A DNA stretch of 64,000 nucleotides, from contig NC_068984.1 of the NCBI RefSeq assembly GCF_001194135.2, positions 55,315,819 to 55,379,818 of the forward strand. The letters are read 5' to 3'. Shown here piece by piece: positions 11,930-25,799 of this stretch. Position 1 is the first letter of the stretch. The number at the start of each line of letters is the position of its first letter. The DNA is from Octopus bimaculoides (Eukaryota). The notes under the pieces are model-generated. The model was not told the DNA's origin, did not search any database, and saw only the letters and a program-made list of their open reading frames with translations. Position numbers and translations under genes: made by a program.

Positions 11930-13237
11930 GGAGTTTTTAGTCATCTGTCAATTCACAACAAGGAACTCAGATAATATTTTTCTTAAGATGTGCGCTGTGC
12001 CCAATGAGGATGCTTTTTGCAAGACATCAATCTTGCATGAGATTTTCAGTTGCTGCAAGAAGTCTTGAAGTTTCAATGGGATTGAGCCCAACGCTCCGAT
12101 CACTACTGGTATCACTTTTATATTACCCTCTAGCATTCCATACAGTCTTGCCATTTCCACTTTCAATTAGGAGTACTTTGTGATTTTTTTCAACCTCTTT
12201 ACTCACAACATTCATGTCATTTGGTATGGCTATATGAATGATCCGACAGTATTTGTCTCTCTTATTCAATTTGAAAATATCTAGCCGACGGTGTCCGATT
12301 ACACGATCCGTCTGAAAATCATAGTCCCAGAGTATTGTTACTTTTCCATCCTCCTGCATAACTTCCCACAGAGTCTGCATTTCTGGGTGTCAAATGTTTT
12401 ATAGGTGTTATACTTCACTGAACTGGTAACGAGAGCCTGGTCTTGTGCAGCAATGTCTAGGCTTTCGGTGGTATGCTTCAAATTACCTCACTCAAGCCAT
12501 GCCCACGATGCTGTATTATCCTTAACGTCCTGTGTATTCCTCTCCATGCATTCTCATTTCAAGAAGGTCTTCTTTTCTCTTCTCAGCTCCTTGGTTAAAC
12601 TCTTCCTTGCCCATCATTTCATCTGCATTTACACCCATATCTTTCGCAGCATATTGCAGCAGATATTCATCACTATTTATCAAATAGTCGGCAAGCATTC
12701 TCCTTTCACTCCTTATACAATAGTCTATACTACTTATTCCTCTGCTACCATTCTTTCTTTTCATATACAGACTGTTCACGTTTACTTTAAGGTGTTGCGT
12801 CCTATGCAGCGTCATCAACTTCCTCATCTTTCTATCCAGTGTTGATATTTCCTTTTTAGTCCATTTGAGGATGGATGCACTATATCTGACCAGTGGAACT
12901 GCCAAGATATTCATTGCAGCAATCAAATGTTTGACCTCCAAGCTGGATTTCAACAGCATCTTCACCCTTTTTTGATGCGCTTCGCTGACCTTGACCTTCA
13001 TTTCTCTGTGTAGAGTGTCATCCAGCTCCAAAATCCCTAAATATCTATACTCACTACTGTCGGGTTTATCCATGGTCTCTCCTAGTGTTAACTACAATCC
13101 TCTGCGGGCTGCTTTCTTCCCTCTTTTCATATTAAGTACTGAGCATCTGGTTATACCAAATTCCATATTGATATTCCTAACAACACTTCTGGATTAATTT
13201 GGTTAAGAATCTATCTGCTTTTCAGATTTCCCCAACA

Positions 13238-13240
<3 letters not shown>
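11930..13240 (-). mobile_element. 5'-truncated R4/Dong-type RLE non-LTR retrotransposon (thumb to RLE endonuclease), frameshifted
   Basis: ORFs 12522-13073 (YRYLGILE...AVPLVRYSA..LKWTKKEI..LDRKMRKLMT), 12123-12380 (ILWDYDFQTDRVIGHRRLDI...IIHIAIPND..V.SKEVEK) and 11948-12166 (KVIPVVIGALGS...LQKASSLGTAHILRKIL). (TTA)n lies on both sides. Confidence 0.9.

Positions 13241-13288
<48 letters not shown>
13238..13288. repeat. (TTA)n microsatellite abutting the R4/Dong fragment
   Basis: Directly visible. Confidence 0.97.
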
Positions 13289-13826
13289 ACAATAAGAAAG
13301 ATTTGTTGAAAAACAGGCAAAAGTGTATTGCTATTATGAGATATGCAGGAAGATAAATAGTACACTAATCCAAAAATATGTCTTCTCTTAAGGTTTAGAT
13401 CCCCAAAAGAATTGGCTTCACAATTGCCTCCTTGCGCTAAGCTTTTTCTACATTCAGAAAAATAATTATATATCTATACATTGAACATCAAGAATCAATA
13501 GATGCTATTGTTTAACGGTATCAGAATGCAAATTCAGATATGCATATGTTATATTCGCTGGAGTATATTGAACCATCAACAAATCAGGAGTGACAAAAAA
13601 TCCTTGAAACCAGCGCCAACAACAGTTACTGAAAATGACCACGGCCCATTGTGGCAGTATATCCTATTCATTTCATGAACAGCCCGATCTACCCAGGCGA
13701 AATCATCATTCCCTCCAAACAATGCTCATAACCGACATACTAAATCTCACATACTATATTTGCCAATGCAATCACCTTTCATGCAATATAACGAGGACAG
13801 AGTAATCCAGTTTCTATTATTATTTC

Positions 13827-14046
13827 GGGAGAGTGGCAGAACCGCTACCGCGCCGGACAAAAGTGCTTGGCCGCATTCTTTTATCTATCTTAAAGTTCTG
13901 AGTTCAAATTCCTCCGATGTCGACTTTGCCTTTCATCCTTTCAGAATCCATAAAATAAGTACCGTTTGAGTACTGGGGTCGGTGTAATCGACTATATCCC
14001 TTCCCCAAATTTCAGGTCTTGTGCTTATAGGAGAAGGGGATATTAT
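13827..14046 (+). mobile_element. SINE family A, near full length
   Basis: gagagtggcagaaccgct...gagttcaaattcctccgatgtcgactttgcctttcatcctttc...ataaaataagtacc...ctggggtcggtgtaatcgact...aatttcaggtcttgtgcttataggagaag. Confidence 0.88.
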
Positions 14047-14938
14047 TTCCAAGGAGGCCATGAAACTATTTACAGGCAGAAAAACGTTTATGAGATAAGG
14101 ATGAAAGTATGTCACAATGTGCTTTCAGTTTTTTTCATCACACTACCTCGTTCTTTGTAGACACCAAAACAATGTCTTTGGCTGGATTACTAAAAATAAC
14201 AGCTATTTGAAATAAGCCTACAAGTAGAACATGTTCTGACACTGAATATTTGCGCGGAGAAGAGATTTGCCGAACTCAACACATCTCGAGCAGGTCTGGC
14301 TCATGGCAATACTGTAACGTAAACGTTTGTGCAGAGAAAAATCAAGAAGCAATTGTTCCTACTATTTCAAGCCGCCTAAGAAAGCAGCACCTGAAGACAG
14401 ACAGAAACATGACAATAGTATTTGGTCGGCAATATTGAAATATCAGTAAATACTTCATAGTAAGTAATTATTGGAAATAAGCATACCCTATTTTGTTGTT
14501 AGTACGCTAGATTTCTTAACTTTCTGTATAATATATTTTCAATTGTCTACAAGCATGCCATCTAATTAGCCATTTTGTATCTGTAAATCTTATCAACTTC
14601 AATAAATCTTTCTACTTAAGGCAACCCTCTCTCCACTGATCGTTTACAATTGTTAATGTCAATTCCTGTTGAACTAACACGCTAGCCCGATTCCTTTAAG
14701 CTTTCCATGTCGAAGCAGCCAACAAAAATTATAGATTAATCGTTTTAGAGAATTAAGTATCACACGCGATTATTCAATATTTTATTAAATAACTAATTAT
14801 ATTGTTCCTAAAAATAGCAATTAATAGAAGACATTTCGCTAACCAGATTGTCGTCAAACTTTGGAAACAAAACAAAAATCGTTGAAAATAATCTCGTTGC
14901 ATCATCGATACGTTTTATAAAGGAATGATTTGCATTAG

Positions 14939-15446
14939 CTAACAATAATTTGCAATGTCCTCTATACTGCATTCTTAATTCAAACACACGACTTCGTATT
15001 ACACATGACATATTATTTTGGTAAGTTTCAAGAGTTCGAATGGAACTTACTATTTCAATTAAATTTTAACCTATATGAGTTTTTACAGGTAATGAATGTC
15101 AGCGCTCCAATGAAATTAAACGTTGTAATGAGTTTTACAGTTATAGTAACTTTAAATTTTGTTATAAACTTATATTTTACAATGAATTTATAGCTAAATA
15201 ATTTTTTCTCTAGACATTATAATTAGTGTGATTAAATATACTAAAAGTATTTGTTTCAGAGTCTATACACATGCGGTAAAGGGTGCATTTGGAGTAGACT
15301 GGACATCAAAATATACATCTGTAGCAGAGATGTTACATTCTCAACAAGTGATATTGAATGCAGATGATTTTTACTATAGAACTGGACCGACAAATATAGA
15401 AGAAAAATTTAGAAGACGCTTACATGAGTTTATCCTATCTCGCTAA
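14939..15446 (+). other. Possible small three-exon coding segment of unknown product
   Basis: Two 68-nt GT-AG candidate introns (15021-15088 and 15146-15213) whose removal gives one open frame ending at TAA 15444-15446. No protein family recognised. Confidence 0.25.
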
Positions 15447-15513
15447 CAACTGGCGTAGGCTTGGTTACGTCCACGAAACGTAGCAGATTGTCAAAAATTA
15501 CCGACAGAATAAG

Positions 15514-15553
<40 letters not shown>

Positions 15554-15839
15554 CTGTACTTGTATGTAATTGTGTATGTAAGTATATACGCAGATAATGT
15601 GTGCGAGTGAGAGAGCGCGCATCTATTGCATGCGCACTCGATCGATCAGTTTTGAGTGAACTAGACTGTAGGCAAGATATGATCACAAGGGTCACATCCA
15701 TTTCTTACGATTCAATTCCGACAAAACCGCTTGATCTAGTACATGAGTGTGAAATTTTCATGAATAAAATGAGTCATGAACTGATTCCAAAAATGTCATG
15801 TCTCGAGTATAACGATGATTAGTTTGTATTCAAATGGAA

Positions 15840-15918
15840 CACACACACACATACATAAATACATGCATACATAAATACATGCATATATATATATATATAT
15901 GTAAATATATATATATAG

Positions 15919-15978
<60 letters not shown>

Positions 15979-16012
15979 ATGAATGTATGTATGTATGTAT
16001 ATGTATATGTGT
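15840..16012. repeat. Compound (CA)/(TA)/(TG)/(TATG) microsatellite
   Basis: Directly visible. Confidence 0.95.
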
Positions 16013-16656
16013 AATCGATGCGCATTCAAAGCCAGTGAACAGTAATTTTACGAAACGGTTACGCTTGTGAATCTCTTTAACAATTCACAATAATGACTTT
16101 TATTACTTTTATTCCTACCTCAGTTCATCTAATTGTATATATCCATCGTTATTTTTCATAAAAAGCCTTTACTTTTTTGATTTCCAATGTGCATTTTCGT
16201 TTTTTCTTCTTACTATTTTCTTTTTGTAATGCATATATATNNNNNNNNNNNNNNNNNNNNNNNNNNNNNNNNNNNNNNNNNNNNNNNNNNNNNNNNNNNN
16301 NNNNNNNNNNNNNNNNNNNNNNNNNNNNNNNNNNNNNNNNNNNNNNNNNNNNNNNNNNNNNNNNNNNNNNNNNNNNNNNNNNNNNNNNNNNNNNNNNNNN
16401 NNNNNNNNNNNNNNNNNNNNNNNNNNNNNNNNNNNNNNNNNNNNNNNNNNNNNNNNNNNNNNNNNNNNNNNNNNNNNNNNNNNNNNNNNNNNNNNNNNNN
16501 NNNNNNNNNNNNNNNNNNNNNNNNNNNNNNNNNNNNNNNNNNNNNNNNNNNNNNNNNNNNNNNNNNNNNNNNNNNNNNNNNNNNNNNNNNNNNNNNNNNN
16601 NNNNNNNNNNNNNNNNNNNNNNNNNNNNNNNNNNNNNNNNNNNNNNNNNNNNNNNN

Positions 16657-16708
<52 letters not shown>

Positions 16709-16885
16709 CATATAATATGCATACACACACACGCACACACATATATACATGTATGTATGTAGATATACTAGAAATTTATATATGTGCATATAATTGCACG
16801 TATATATATATATGTTATGCATATGCATTATATAAATAATATTATCTTATATATTACATTATATTGTATTACACTATATTATTCA

Positions 16886-17097
16886 GGCGGTGAGCTGGCA
16901 GAATCGTTAGCATGCCAAGCGAAATGCTTACCGGTATTTCGTCTGCCGCTACATTCGGAGTTCAAATTCCGCCGTGGTAGCCTTTGCCTTTCGGGGTTGA
17001 TAAGTTAAGCACCAGTGAAACACTGGGGTGTATGTAATCGACTAATCCCCTTCTCCAAAATGGCTGCTCTTGTGTCAAAATTTGAAGCCATAATATT
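16886..17097 (+). mobile_element. SINE family A, well preserved
   Basis: ggcggtgagctggcagaatcgttagcatgccaagcgaaatgcttaccggtatttcg...gagttcaaattccgccg...tgtaatcgactaatcccc...cttgtgtcaaaatttgaagcc. Confidence 0.9.
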
Positions 17098-17453
17098 ATA
17101 TCATATGTATAGAGAGAGGGAGAGAGAGAGAGAGAGAGAGAGGGATAGAGGGAGAGAGAGAGACAGACAGACAGACAGAGAAAGAAAGAGAGTAATTGCT
17201 TTTGGGTTTGAAAATACACCTGAGTATTAAACCAATGTCTCTGAATTCGTTTGCAAATTAATTAATGAACAAATGCAGGTGGAAATCCCTATCAAAGCCG
17301 AATGGAGAATCATTTAATTATGTAACACCACCCTCGAAGTTTTAAAACAAACTAGCGAAAATGAAGGATTAATATCCCTTCGAAGATGCTACAAAAGAAT
17401 ATGATCCTACAAATCTATTCTTAAAGAGAATGAAACCTCTTCGCAGCGAAGTC

Positions 17454-17526
<73 letters not shown>

Positions 17527-17536
17527 NNNNNNNNNN

Positions 17537-17580
<44 letters not shown>

Positions 17581-20524
17581 CAGGTGAATATGGTACTTAA
17601 GTTGAGGCACCAGAAGTTAGTACGGTATTATCCGTACAATTTCAAAGTAAGGTGATTTTGATTTTATATATTCTTACTAAAGAAACTCAAGTGATCAAGA
17701 GAGTTGCTAAACAAATGATGTCACCAGGAATTTAAACCCGTAGAATGCTGATCTGCTGCGAAATCAAAATATGAAATCAGAATATCCGTAAACAAACCAT
17801 GTGTTCAGATAGTACGCCAGCCAAAATTCTTGGATCTAGGTGAACGGAAACAAGTGATGTCATTGAGTTTTTAGCAAATGAGGATTTGTATCTATCCCCT
17901 ACGAACGTATATATGCAAATCAATTTCGGTTTCAAAGTGTTCTGATACTCACCGACAAAAGCAACGAGAAGAACTCTCATTCATGTACTATAAAAGAAGT
18001 CGTAAAAATTAGGTTCTTCGATATCTTTTTTCTTACTTTTTAATAGTCTAATAAAAAACGAAAGATATTAAAACTACATTTCGCTCTAAATTCAGGTGAA
18101 TTCTCAACCCTAAAACCAACTATTCCATATTGTCTCATGCGTCGAAATAAAAGTCGTTTCTGTTTTGTTTTTTTTTGCATACATACATCTACATATATGT
18201 ATGAATATATNNNNNNNNNNNNNNNNNNNNNNNNNNNNNNNNNNNNNNNNNNNNNNNNNNNNNNNNNNNNNNNNNNNNNNNNNNNNNNNNNNNNNNNNNN
18301 NNNNNNNNNNNNNNNNNNNNNNNNNNNNNNNNNNNNNNNNNNNNNNNNNNNNNNNNNNNNNNNNNNNNNNNNNNNNNNNNNNNNNNNNNNNNNNNNNNNN
18401 NNNNNNNNNNNNNNNNNNNNNNNNNNNNNNNNNNNNNNNNNNNNNNNNNNNNNNNNNNNNNNNNNNNNNNNNNNNNNNNNNNNNNNNNNNNNNNNNNNNN
18501 NNNNNNATATATATATATATATATACATATACATGTGTGAGCGTGTGTGTGCGCGCGCGACGTGTCTGTGTTGAGAATATATAGGAATTATTTTTAGAAC
18601 TTAAAACGCCGTAAATCTTCAATTATAACGCTGAAATATATGAAAAAGCCACAAAATATTGAACCTTTCAGCCTAAAATCTCATACATCCAATTCTATTG
18701 CTAAACGAGAATAATTGGCATTTTATATTTCACGTTTGCTATAGAATATTTCTTATATTATTTTTAATTTTTTTTTCTATGATAATGGTGAATAATGACA
18801 GCAATATATTTCGATTTGTTTCGAACCAAAGTTTCTCATGTTCTATTGGAAAAAAAATCTGACTAGTAATGTTTTTTTAATCGATAAAATAGAATATGAG
18901 TGAATTATACTTTTTAAGCCACTCCATTTCCTCTTATAAATAGAAGCAGATTAAGGAAGTCTGAAGTTTGCTCGTGTCCCAATATATATGAAAAAGACCA
19001 TTATGACGTTTCAATTTTTTTATACCCTAAATTTGAATCAGGCAGTACATATGCGATAAGGCTAAGCCTGATATATTGCTAAATCATGATTTCTGTCAGT
19101 TGAATTTATGAATGATGCTTGGAAAGGATATAGAAATATATGTAGTGTATATTAAAAGTAGTTCAAGTCAACAGAAAGCCTGATATATACATAATACAAA
19201 TACACATACATACCTATACATGTATGTTCATGTATATGTATACTTGTGTGTGTGTGCTCGTGCCCGTGTAGACTTTTGCGTGTGTGTGTATGCGTGTAAT
19301 GCGAGACAGCATAAATCAAGGGAAATTAATTACCTTTAATATTATAAAGTCTTGCTGTGGGCGAAATAAGTATGTCATCATATTTTATCTTAGCTACAGA
19401 TGTGCGGGAATAAAGAAAGGAGTTTTCTAACGAAGAGTTTAATGTTTTATTAACCACTCCACAGAGATATGCACCACTTCATTCCGTAATGAATAAAACC
19501 GTTATAAACCATAGCGTCTGCCTAATTACCATATTTGTACATTTGACTCTTCGTATTTAATTAACAAATATTAATATTGCACCAGCACGATTTACATTTC
19601 TTTTCTACAGTAGCTGAATATAAGCTACTGATTAAGGAAGCGACGACTTTTCCAAGGAGTAGTTAACTAACCACGAAATGGTCAGCCAGGAGACTCCTTC
19701 CATCTTCCTGTGGTGCATTAATAACTTATAAAAGAATGTGCTTACATTCTTGTATCCCCAGCGAGGTTGTAAAATCCTAAATATTTTCTTTCTGGTTTCT
19801 CTTCTGTGGCGGGTGGAATTCTTTGCTCTGGCCCGGGTTAGAACCTGGCCATAATGAATAATAATTTTGTGCATAATATGTATGTATGTTTATGCATGTA
19901 TATGTATGTACGTTTCAAATCATACACATGATTTTAAACATATCAATTATTTCTTATAATCATTTCAAACTATTTTAACAATTTACTTCCTAAATGTTTT
20001 TAAAATGTCCATTTCACAAATTCACACGACAGAAGTATTAGTTTATGAGGGATAAATATTTTCGAAATTCAGAGTATGAAAGTGAATAATGTAATGGTCT
20101 TTCTGTAACAAAGTATAACAAGCATACACGTCAGTCAATCATTACTTACTCGTAATATTAGATTTGTTTCAGATTTTACTTAATTAATTCATCAAAAGCA
20201 AGGTATTTAAATATGATAACCCAGAAGAAATGGGAAGAACTGATAGTGTACTGGTTTGACTAACGACCAACTGTAGTCAATGATGTATATACCATATACA
20301 AATACCAAGTACTAGAAAACTGGAGACGACGATTAGGCCGTGTTGCTAAAACTCATGATATCAATCAACCACCGCAACTACCTTTATGTGTACTGCACAT
20401 GTGTGTGAACATTTGTAATGAGAATGGGTTCTTAATGTGTCTCTGCATGCTCGTCCTTCAGAATCGAGAGGATTGCATCGGCAACGACGAAGACTAAGAG
20501 AAATATCAGTGATTTCAAATGTTA

Positions 20525-20724
20525 GCACAATGCTAGCAAGTTCAAGGAAGAGTGTAAGTCGATTACATTGACCCCCAGTGCTCAAACGGTACTTATCTCA
20601 GCAACCACGAAAGTATGAAATGCACAGTCGATCACGGAAGAATTTGAACTCATAACTTTAAAACGGATGAAATGCGACTAAGCATTTTGCTCGGCGTGCT
20701 TAAGATTCTGCCAGGTAGCCACCT
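20525..20724 (-). mobile_element. SINE family A
   Basis: Plus strand shows gtcgattacattgacccccagtgctcaaacggtacttat...gaatttgaactc...ctaagcattttgctcggcgtgct...gattctgccag, the reverse complement of family A. Confidence 0.85.
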
Positions 20725-20985
20725 TAAAGATAAATATCATATTGACAATAGTATGTAATTGTTTGCACTGTAAGTTAGAAATATGTTTGTCTGAATACGT
20801 CTAGGTCACCACTTGAAATACCGGGGAAAACTACCGCAGAGCGATTACGTAATTTCAATTAGGTTTTCACTGAGATAATAATGTACTTGTAGTAGGAAGA
20901 ATTGCATTGGTTGGAACTGAAAATGAAATGTATGTCCCTAAAAGAAGGAACTCATAATATCACTAAAAGAAGGGTTACACGCGCG

Positions 20986-21026
<41 letters not shown>

Positions 21027-21882
21027 CAGAGTATCCGGTACAAAGTATGGGATTAAAATAGATTATAGTTTGGGGTCTCGAATTATATTCAGATGGCAAT
21101 AGCATCAGAAAATGGAACACACCAACGTTTCTTTTTTAAGAGTTTTAAAATGTTTATTGGTTAGAAGTTGAAATGACAGCACGTATTGTAATTTGGTTTA
21201 ATTATAGCTGGGCAGGTAAAATATCAAGTAACAAGGAATTTTATTGTAGACATTTCTAGAAAGAACAGCATAATTGATAATTGCATTGAAATTAAAGTAA
21301 TTATTTCAAACAACTTAATTACTTACGAAATACTAAACTGTTTTTAATTATGAGTACGAAACCAATCTTTAAACTATTTAGAGATATGTTTAAGCCATCA
21401 TTGTAAGGTTATTATGAGATCGATTATCATCTTTGTCAATTTATAAAGTGTGTTTCTCACACTCAAATACACATTCTCCGTCTATTTCATCTATTTTTTT
21501 TTAATTCCCGGGTTATAAATTCACATATAGTTAGGAATATTATTCCTTAGGTTTGCTGTATTTATTTTCATTGTCTATCTGAAAAATATTTATTTTATTT
21601 GGAACTTTTACATTTAACACATGAATCGAGTGTTTTTGTGTACTTATATCCATCATGAATAAATGTTTTATGATCGTCAGTTAGAAATGAAATTAGTAGT
21701 AATTTGCATATCTTGAAGTGTTGAGCAGAATATAAGTTTTTTATCAATAAAAATTATGAGGAGAAATATCATCATTCTTTACGAAAATTCATCTCAATAA
21801 GACCAAAGGGAGGAACGTAGCAAATTTCAATCGCACAGAAAATAAATGAAGATATACAAGGAAGGATATAATGTAAGTGTTG

Positions 21883-21896
21883 GTTGCTACGGCGAC
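21883..21896. promoter_or_regulatory. RFX X-box-like motif in a small CpG-rich patch
   Basis: GTTGCTACGGCGAC (one mismatch to RYYNYYWWRRNRAC) in non-repetitive DNA, with two ACGCGT and a downstream CTG|GTAATT donor-like site at 21961/21962. Confidence 0.35.
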
Positions 21897-22706
21897 AACG
21901 CTCGACGCGTATTATTTCATTCATTAGATCTCGTTATTAACGCGTAGTCTACACGCAGCTGGTAATTCCTTTGAACAATTAATTGATATAGTTTTTCGTC
22001 TGAAAATAATTCGATGATTAAGCATTTTAGAATAATGATATTGAAACATGTCTCTGGAGTTTTTCAAGCAGAAAGAACTTATGAACAATTTTTTCTATTT
22101 GACCAGTTAAAAAGTTGACTTTCTTTAGAATTTAATTTAAGTAGTTAAATAAGTTGTCCTGGAGTATTCCATATCAAGTTTATAGTTTAGAAAGGGACAT
22201 CTAGGAATATGACAGCAAGTAGAAGTTAATAGTTTATATATATANNNNNNNNNNNNNNNNNNNNNNNNNNNNNNNNNNNNNNNNNNNNNNNNNNNNNNNN
22301 NNNNNNNNNNNNNNNNNNNNNNNNNNNNNNNNNNNNNNNNNNNNNNNNNNNNNNNNNNNNNNNNNNNNNNNNNNNNNNNNNNNNNNNNNNNNNNNNNNNN
22401 NNNNNNNNNNNNNNNNNNNNNNNNNNNNNNNNNNNNNNNNNNNNNNNNNNNNNNNNNNNNNNNNNNNNNNNNNNNNNNNNNNNNNNNNNNNNNNNNNAAT
22501 TCAATATAATAGTTTCTAATAAACTTCTCAAAAAAATATCTTTGTTGTAGCAAAATATGAAAGCAGAATTTTAAAAGAAGGCCAATTTTTCCTTCTTAGT
22601 GATTCTGATGAAACTAAATTTCGTATAATCTTAGTCGGTAGACCATTATAATTGTGGTCAAGATTAAATATAGTAAAATGTCAAAGCAGCAACATTCATA
22701 TTTTGA

Positions 22707-22711
<5 letters not shown>

Positions 22712-22766
<55 letters not shown>

Positions 22767-22796
22767 CACGCACACACACCACAGACGCACACACAC
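22712..22796. repeat. (CA)n microsatellite
   Basis: Directly visible. Confidence 0.97.
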
Positions 22797-23288
22797 GCTC
22801 TGTGTGTACGTTAATGGTTTGGTTTACAAAATATATTAGTCAATAATGTAGAGATTATTACGGTTTTTAATATAAAATATGACCACATGCTAACGTATTG
22901 TTATTTGAGTCTGTTAGAGATGTCTCACAACTGTGTTTCTGAAAAAGTGAGTCTAAAGCAAATGTCAGCTACTTTAAGTAAAATAAAACAATGTCTCTAT
23001 TGTTGATGGATTCTTCATTTCACAGTACGTGTGTGTGTGAGGGTATGCGCGCGCACGTATGTGTGTGTGCGTCGGGGGGATGTGCTTATATAGCTGTGTG
23101 TGCCTGAAAATTTAAGCCCTCTGTCTTTGTACGTTTATTCACCTTGCGGTCAGAAAATACAGTATAAACGCGCACAAAGCCTTTCATATTATTATTAGAC
23201 AACCCACGATGAATATTTGTATAATATTTATTTTGAGACAGACTGGTATCCATCAAATCACACTGTAATTTCTGTCAATTCCAGTAAT

Positions 23289-23402
<114 letters not shown>

Positions 23403-24135
23403 CTCTTTTTCTCTCTTTTTCTCTCTCAGAAATAGTGGATTAGAGAAAAGATAAAGAAAAATTAATGACGATAGAGACAGACAGACATGGAGAGAATAAT
23501 TATAGCGAAGTATATTGGTGACATGTTTGTGTGATTTCAAAATCTCGGGTTTTCTCTTCCTAACTTTCACATCAATCATTACATTTCACTATCTCTCCCT
23601 CCCTGTTTCTTCCTGGAACAATGCAATATAGAGAGACGGAGAATTAGAAACACATACGAAGCGAGGAAATCAGAAAGAGAGTGAGAGGGAGAAGAATGTT
23701 AGTGATGATGGAATATGCTTGAAAATTGAGTACATTTATTCAACTAAATTGTTAGGTGGTTCCTAAACCATTTTTAGTGAATGTAAATTACATTACGATT
23801 AAATTTCAGGAGCGCAATGTAGACTTCTTCATTTACTTAATAATTAATAATTTGGGAGTTCTTAATGGATTTAAATTCGGAACACAGTTGAAATTTTATG
23901 GAGTGAATTTCGTCACAAAAATTTAGGCTCGCTTATTTACCTCTAGATAAAAACTGATAAAAGTTATAATCAATTACGGTCTTCTATTATAGAAAGTAAT
24001 CGGAGAGTTTTGACTCATTTATCTTTAATCATACGCATTAGAAAAGAATACAGATTTCTGGATGTAAAATCAATCTCCATCGTTTTCGACAAAATGTAGA
24101 CAGATGTTCGATAATTAAACTGGTTATTAAAATAG

Positions 24136-24332
24136 TGTGCGAATGACTGAGCATTTAGCAGACACATACCCATATGGAGAAAGGCTATTCAATTCATTCG
24201 TCGGGCTTCTGTCGATAAAGGAAAACCAACTTGTCCAACACGCCATGCAGCTAGAGTTGAACTTGGTAGCTAGTGAATGCGAAACGAGCACCCTGACCAT
24301 TCGGCAATACTGGGGGTATGGAGATCTTACGA
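24136..24332 (+). other. Candidate coding exon, unknown product
   Basis: GC-elevated island, aaatag| acceptor, open frame MTEHLADTYPYGERLFNSFVGLLSIKENQLVQHAMQLELNLVASECETSTLTIRQYWGYGDLT, A|GTAAAG donor-like site. Pyrimidine tract is weak and a minus-strand frame is also open. Confidence 0.25.
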
Positions 24333-24891
24333 GTAAAGCAAAATTTAATACCATTCTAACATTCGTCAATATACTGTGGGTCTCCAAATTCTTATGTGCA
24401 ATCAATATTATTCTATTTGTTAGTTATCCATCAATCTACATACATCTAATAATACATGTTTATATACAGTTTAGCGAAGATGAGGGACAAACAGTTTACT
24501 GATAAAAAGTATTAAGAAACTTTCTTAAACAATTCTTATTTCGAGCGCAATTCTCTTCGACAAACTCTTGTCTAATTCGCTTCAATCAAACAATCGTCGA
24601 TTATATTACTGCTCAAAAATCTTTTCCTGAATTCATGCCAGTTTCTAAAAGAATTAATACTTTTTTTATCAATTAATAACTGAAATGAAAAAAAAACAAT
24701 AATAAAGACCACACATATAGATGAGTGACAGTAATAGACTAAGGTAGTTCAGAACATTACCAGCCACTAACATACATACGTTTATCAATTTATATTAAAT
24801 AATTACACATATGTATGCATTCATATATGTGTGTATGTATGCATATATGTATGTTTGTATGTATGTATGCATATATGTATGCATGTATGTA

Positions 24892-24938
<47 letters not shown>

Positions 24939-24955
24939 NNNNNNNNNNNNNNNNN

Positions 24956-25017
<62 letters not shown>

Positions 25018-25577
25018 AATTGTATACGAATATATATTTGTATATATCTGTATGTATGAATCTATGCATAAATGGATCTGACATAAACTGATGTTCAAAG
25101 CAAGTTGTATAATAGTTACGTATAACTTCATTAATTCAATGAAATTGCTAAAAATTATTTTACTTTCATATTATGCAGCATTTTAATATACCTGCCATTA
25201 AATATTGATACACTGATGAGAAGACATTGACGCAGGTGGAAAGTATTTTCATAGTGCTTTCTTTAAATAAAGAATGTCTTACATTCTTCGAAGTATTTCA
25301 TCGTCTCACCATTCACTCAAATTTACTATATCCATTACTACATGGGCTTATGTGTTCTCCCAGTTTGAAGACAGTAGATTATACTTTACAAAGATGTTTT
25401 ATTTTTATTTCTAGCAGTAAGTATGAACACTTTCGTTCATGAAATATGAAATATTTTTGTAATTCAACGAAGAAGATATAGCACATCGGAAAACAAACAC
25501 AAATGTAAAATTCTGCTCAATGTCTTTAACAATATTATTAGCGACATAAAGAGTACCAAAATTCCTTCTTCAATAAA

Positions 25578-25799
25578 TCTTTTAATATAGGAACCAGGCC
25601 TGAAGATTTAGGAGAGGGTTCTATTCGATTACATTGGACTCACTACTCAAATGGCTCTTATTTTATCAATTCATAGAAAACACAAAAGAGGGCAGGCAAA
25701 GTCAACTGCAACGGAATCTGAACTCCGAACGTAAAGTCAGAGGAGATACCACCAAACATTTTGTCCGGCGTAACAACGGTTCTGCAACGTCACGGCCTT
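25578..25799 (-). mobile_element. SINE family A
   Basis: accaggcctgaagatttaggagagg...tcgattacattg...ggcaaagtcaac...ggaatctgaactccgaacgtaaag...cattttgtccggcg...ggttctgc. Confidence 0.75.

Noticed and set aside
14225-14460. Kringle-like WQYCNVNVC peptide and a GTAAGT donor at 14460
   Set aside because: The rest of the kringle pattern is missing, and no frame links a good acceptor to that donor without a stop.
19611-19860. GC-richer island with splice-like sites on both strands
   Set aside because: The best minus-strand model needs a 38-nt intron and the plus-strand model lacks a good donor, so it is ambiguous.
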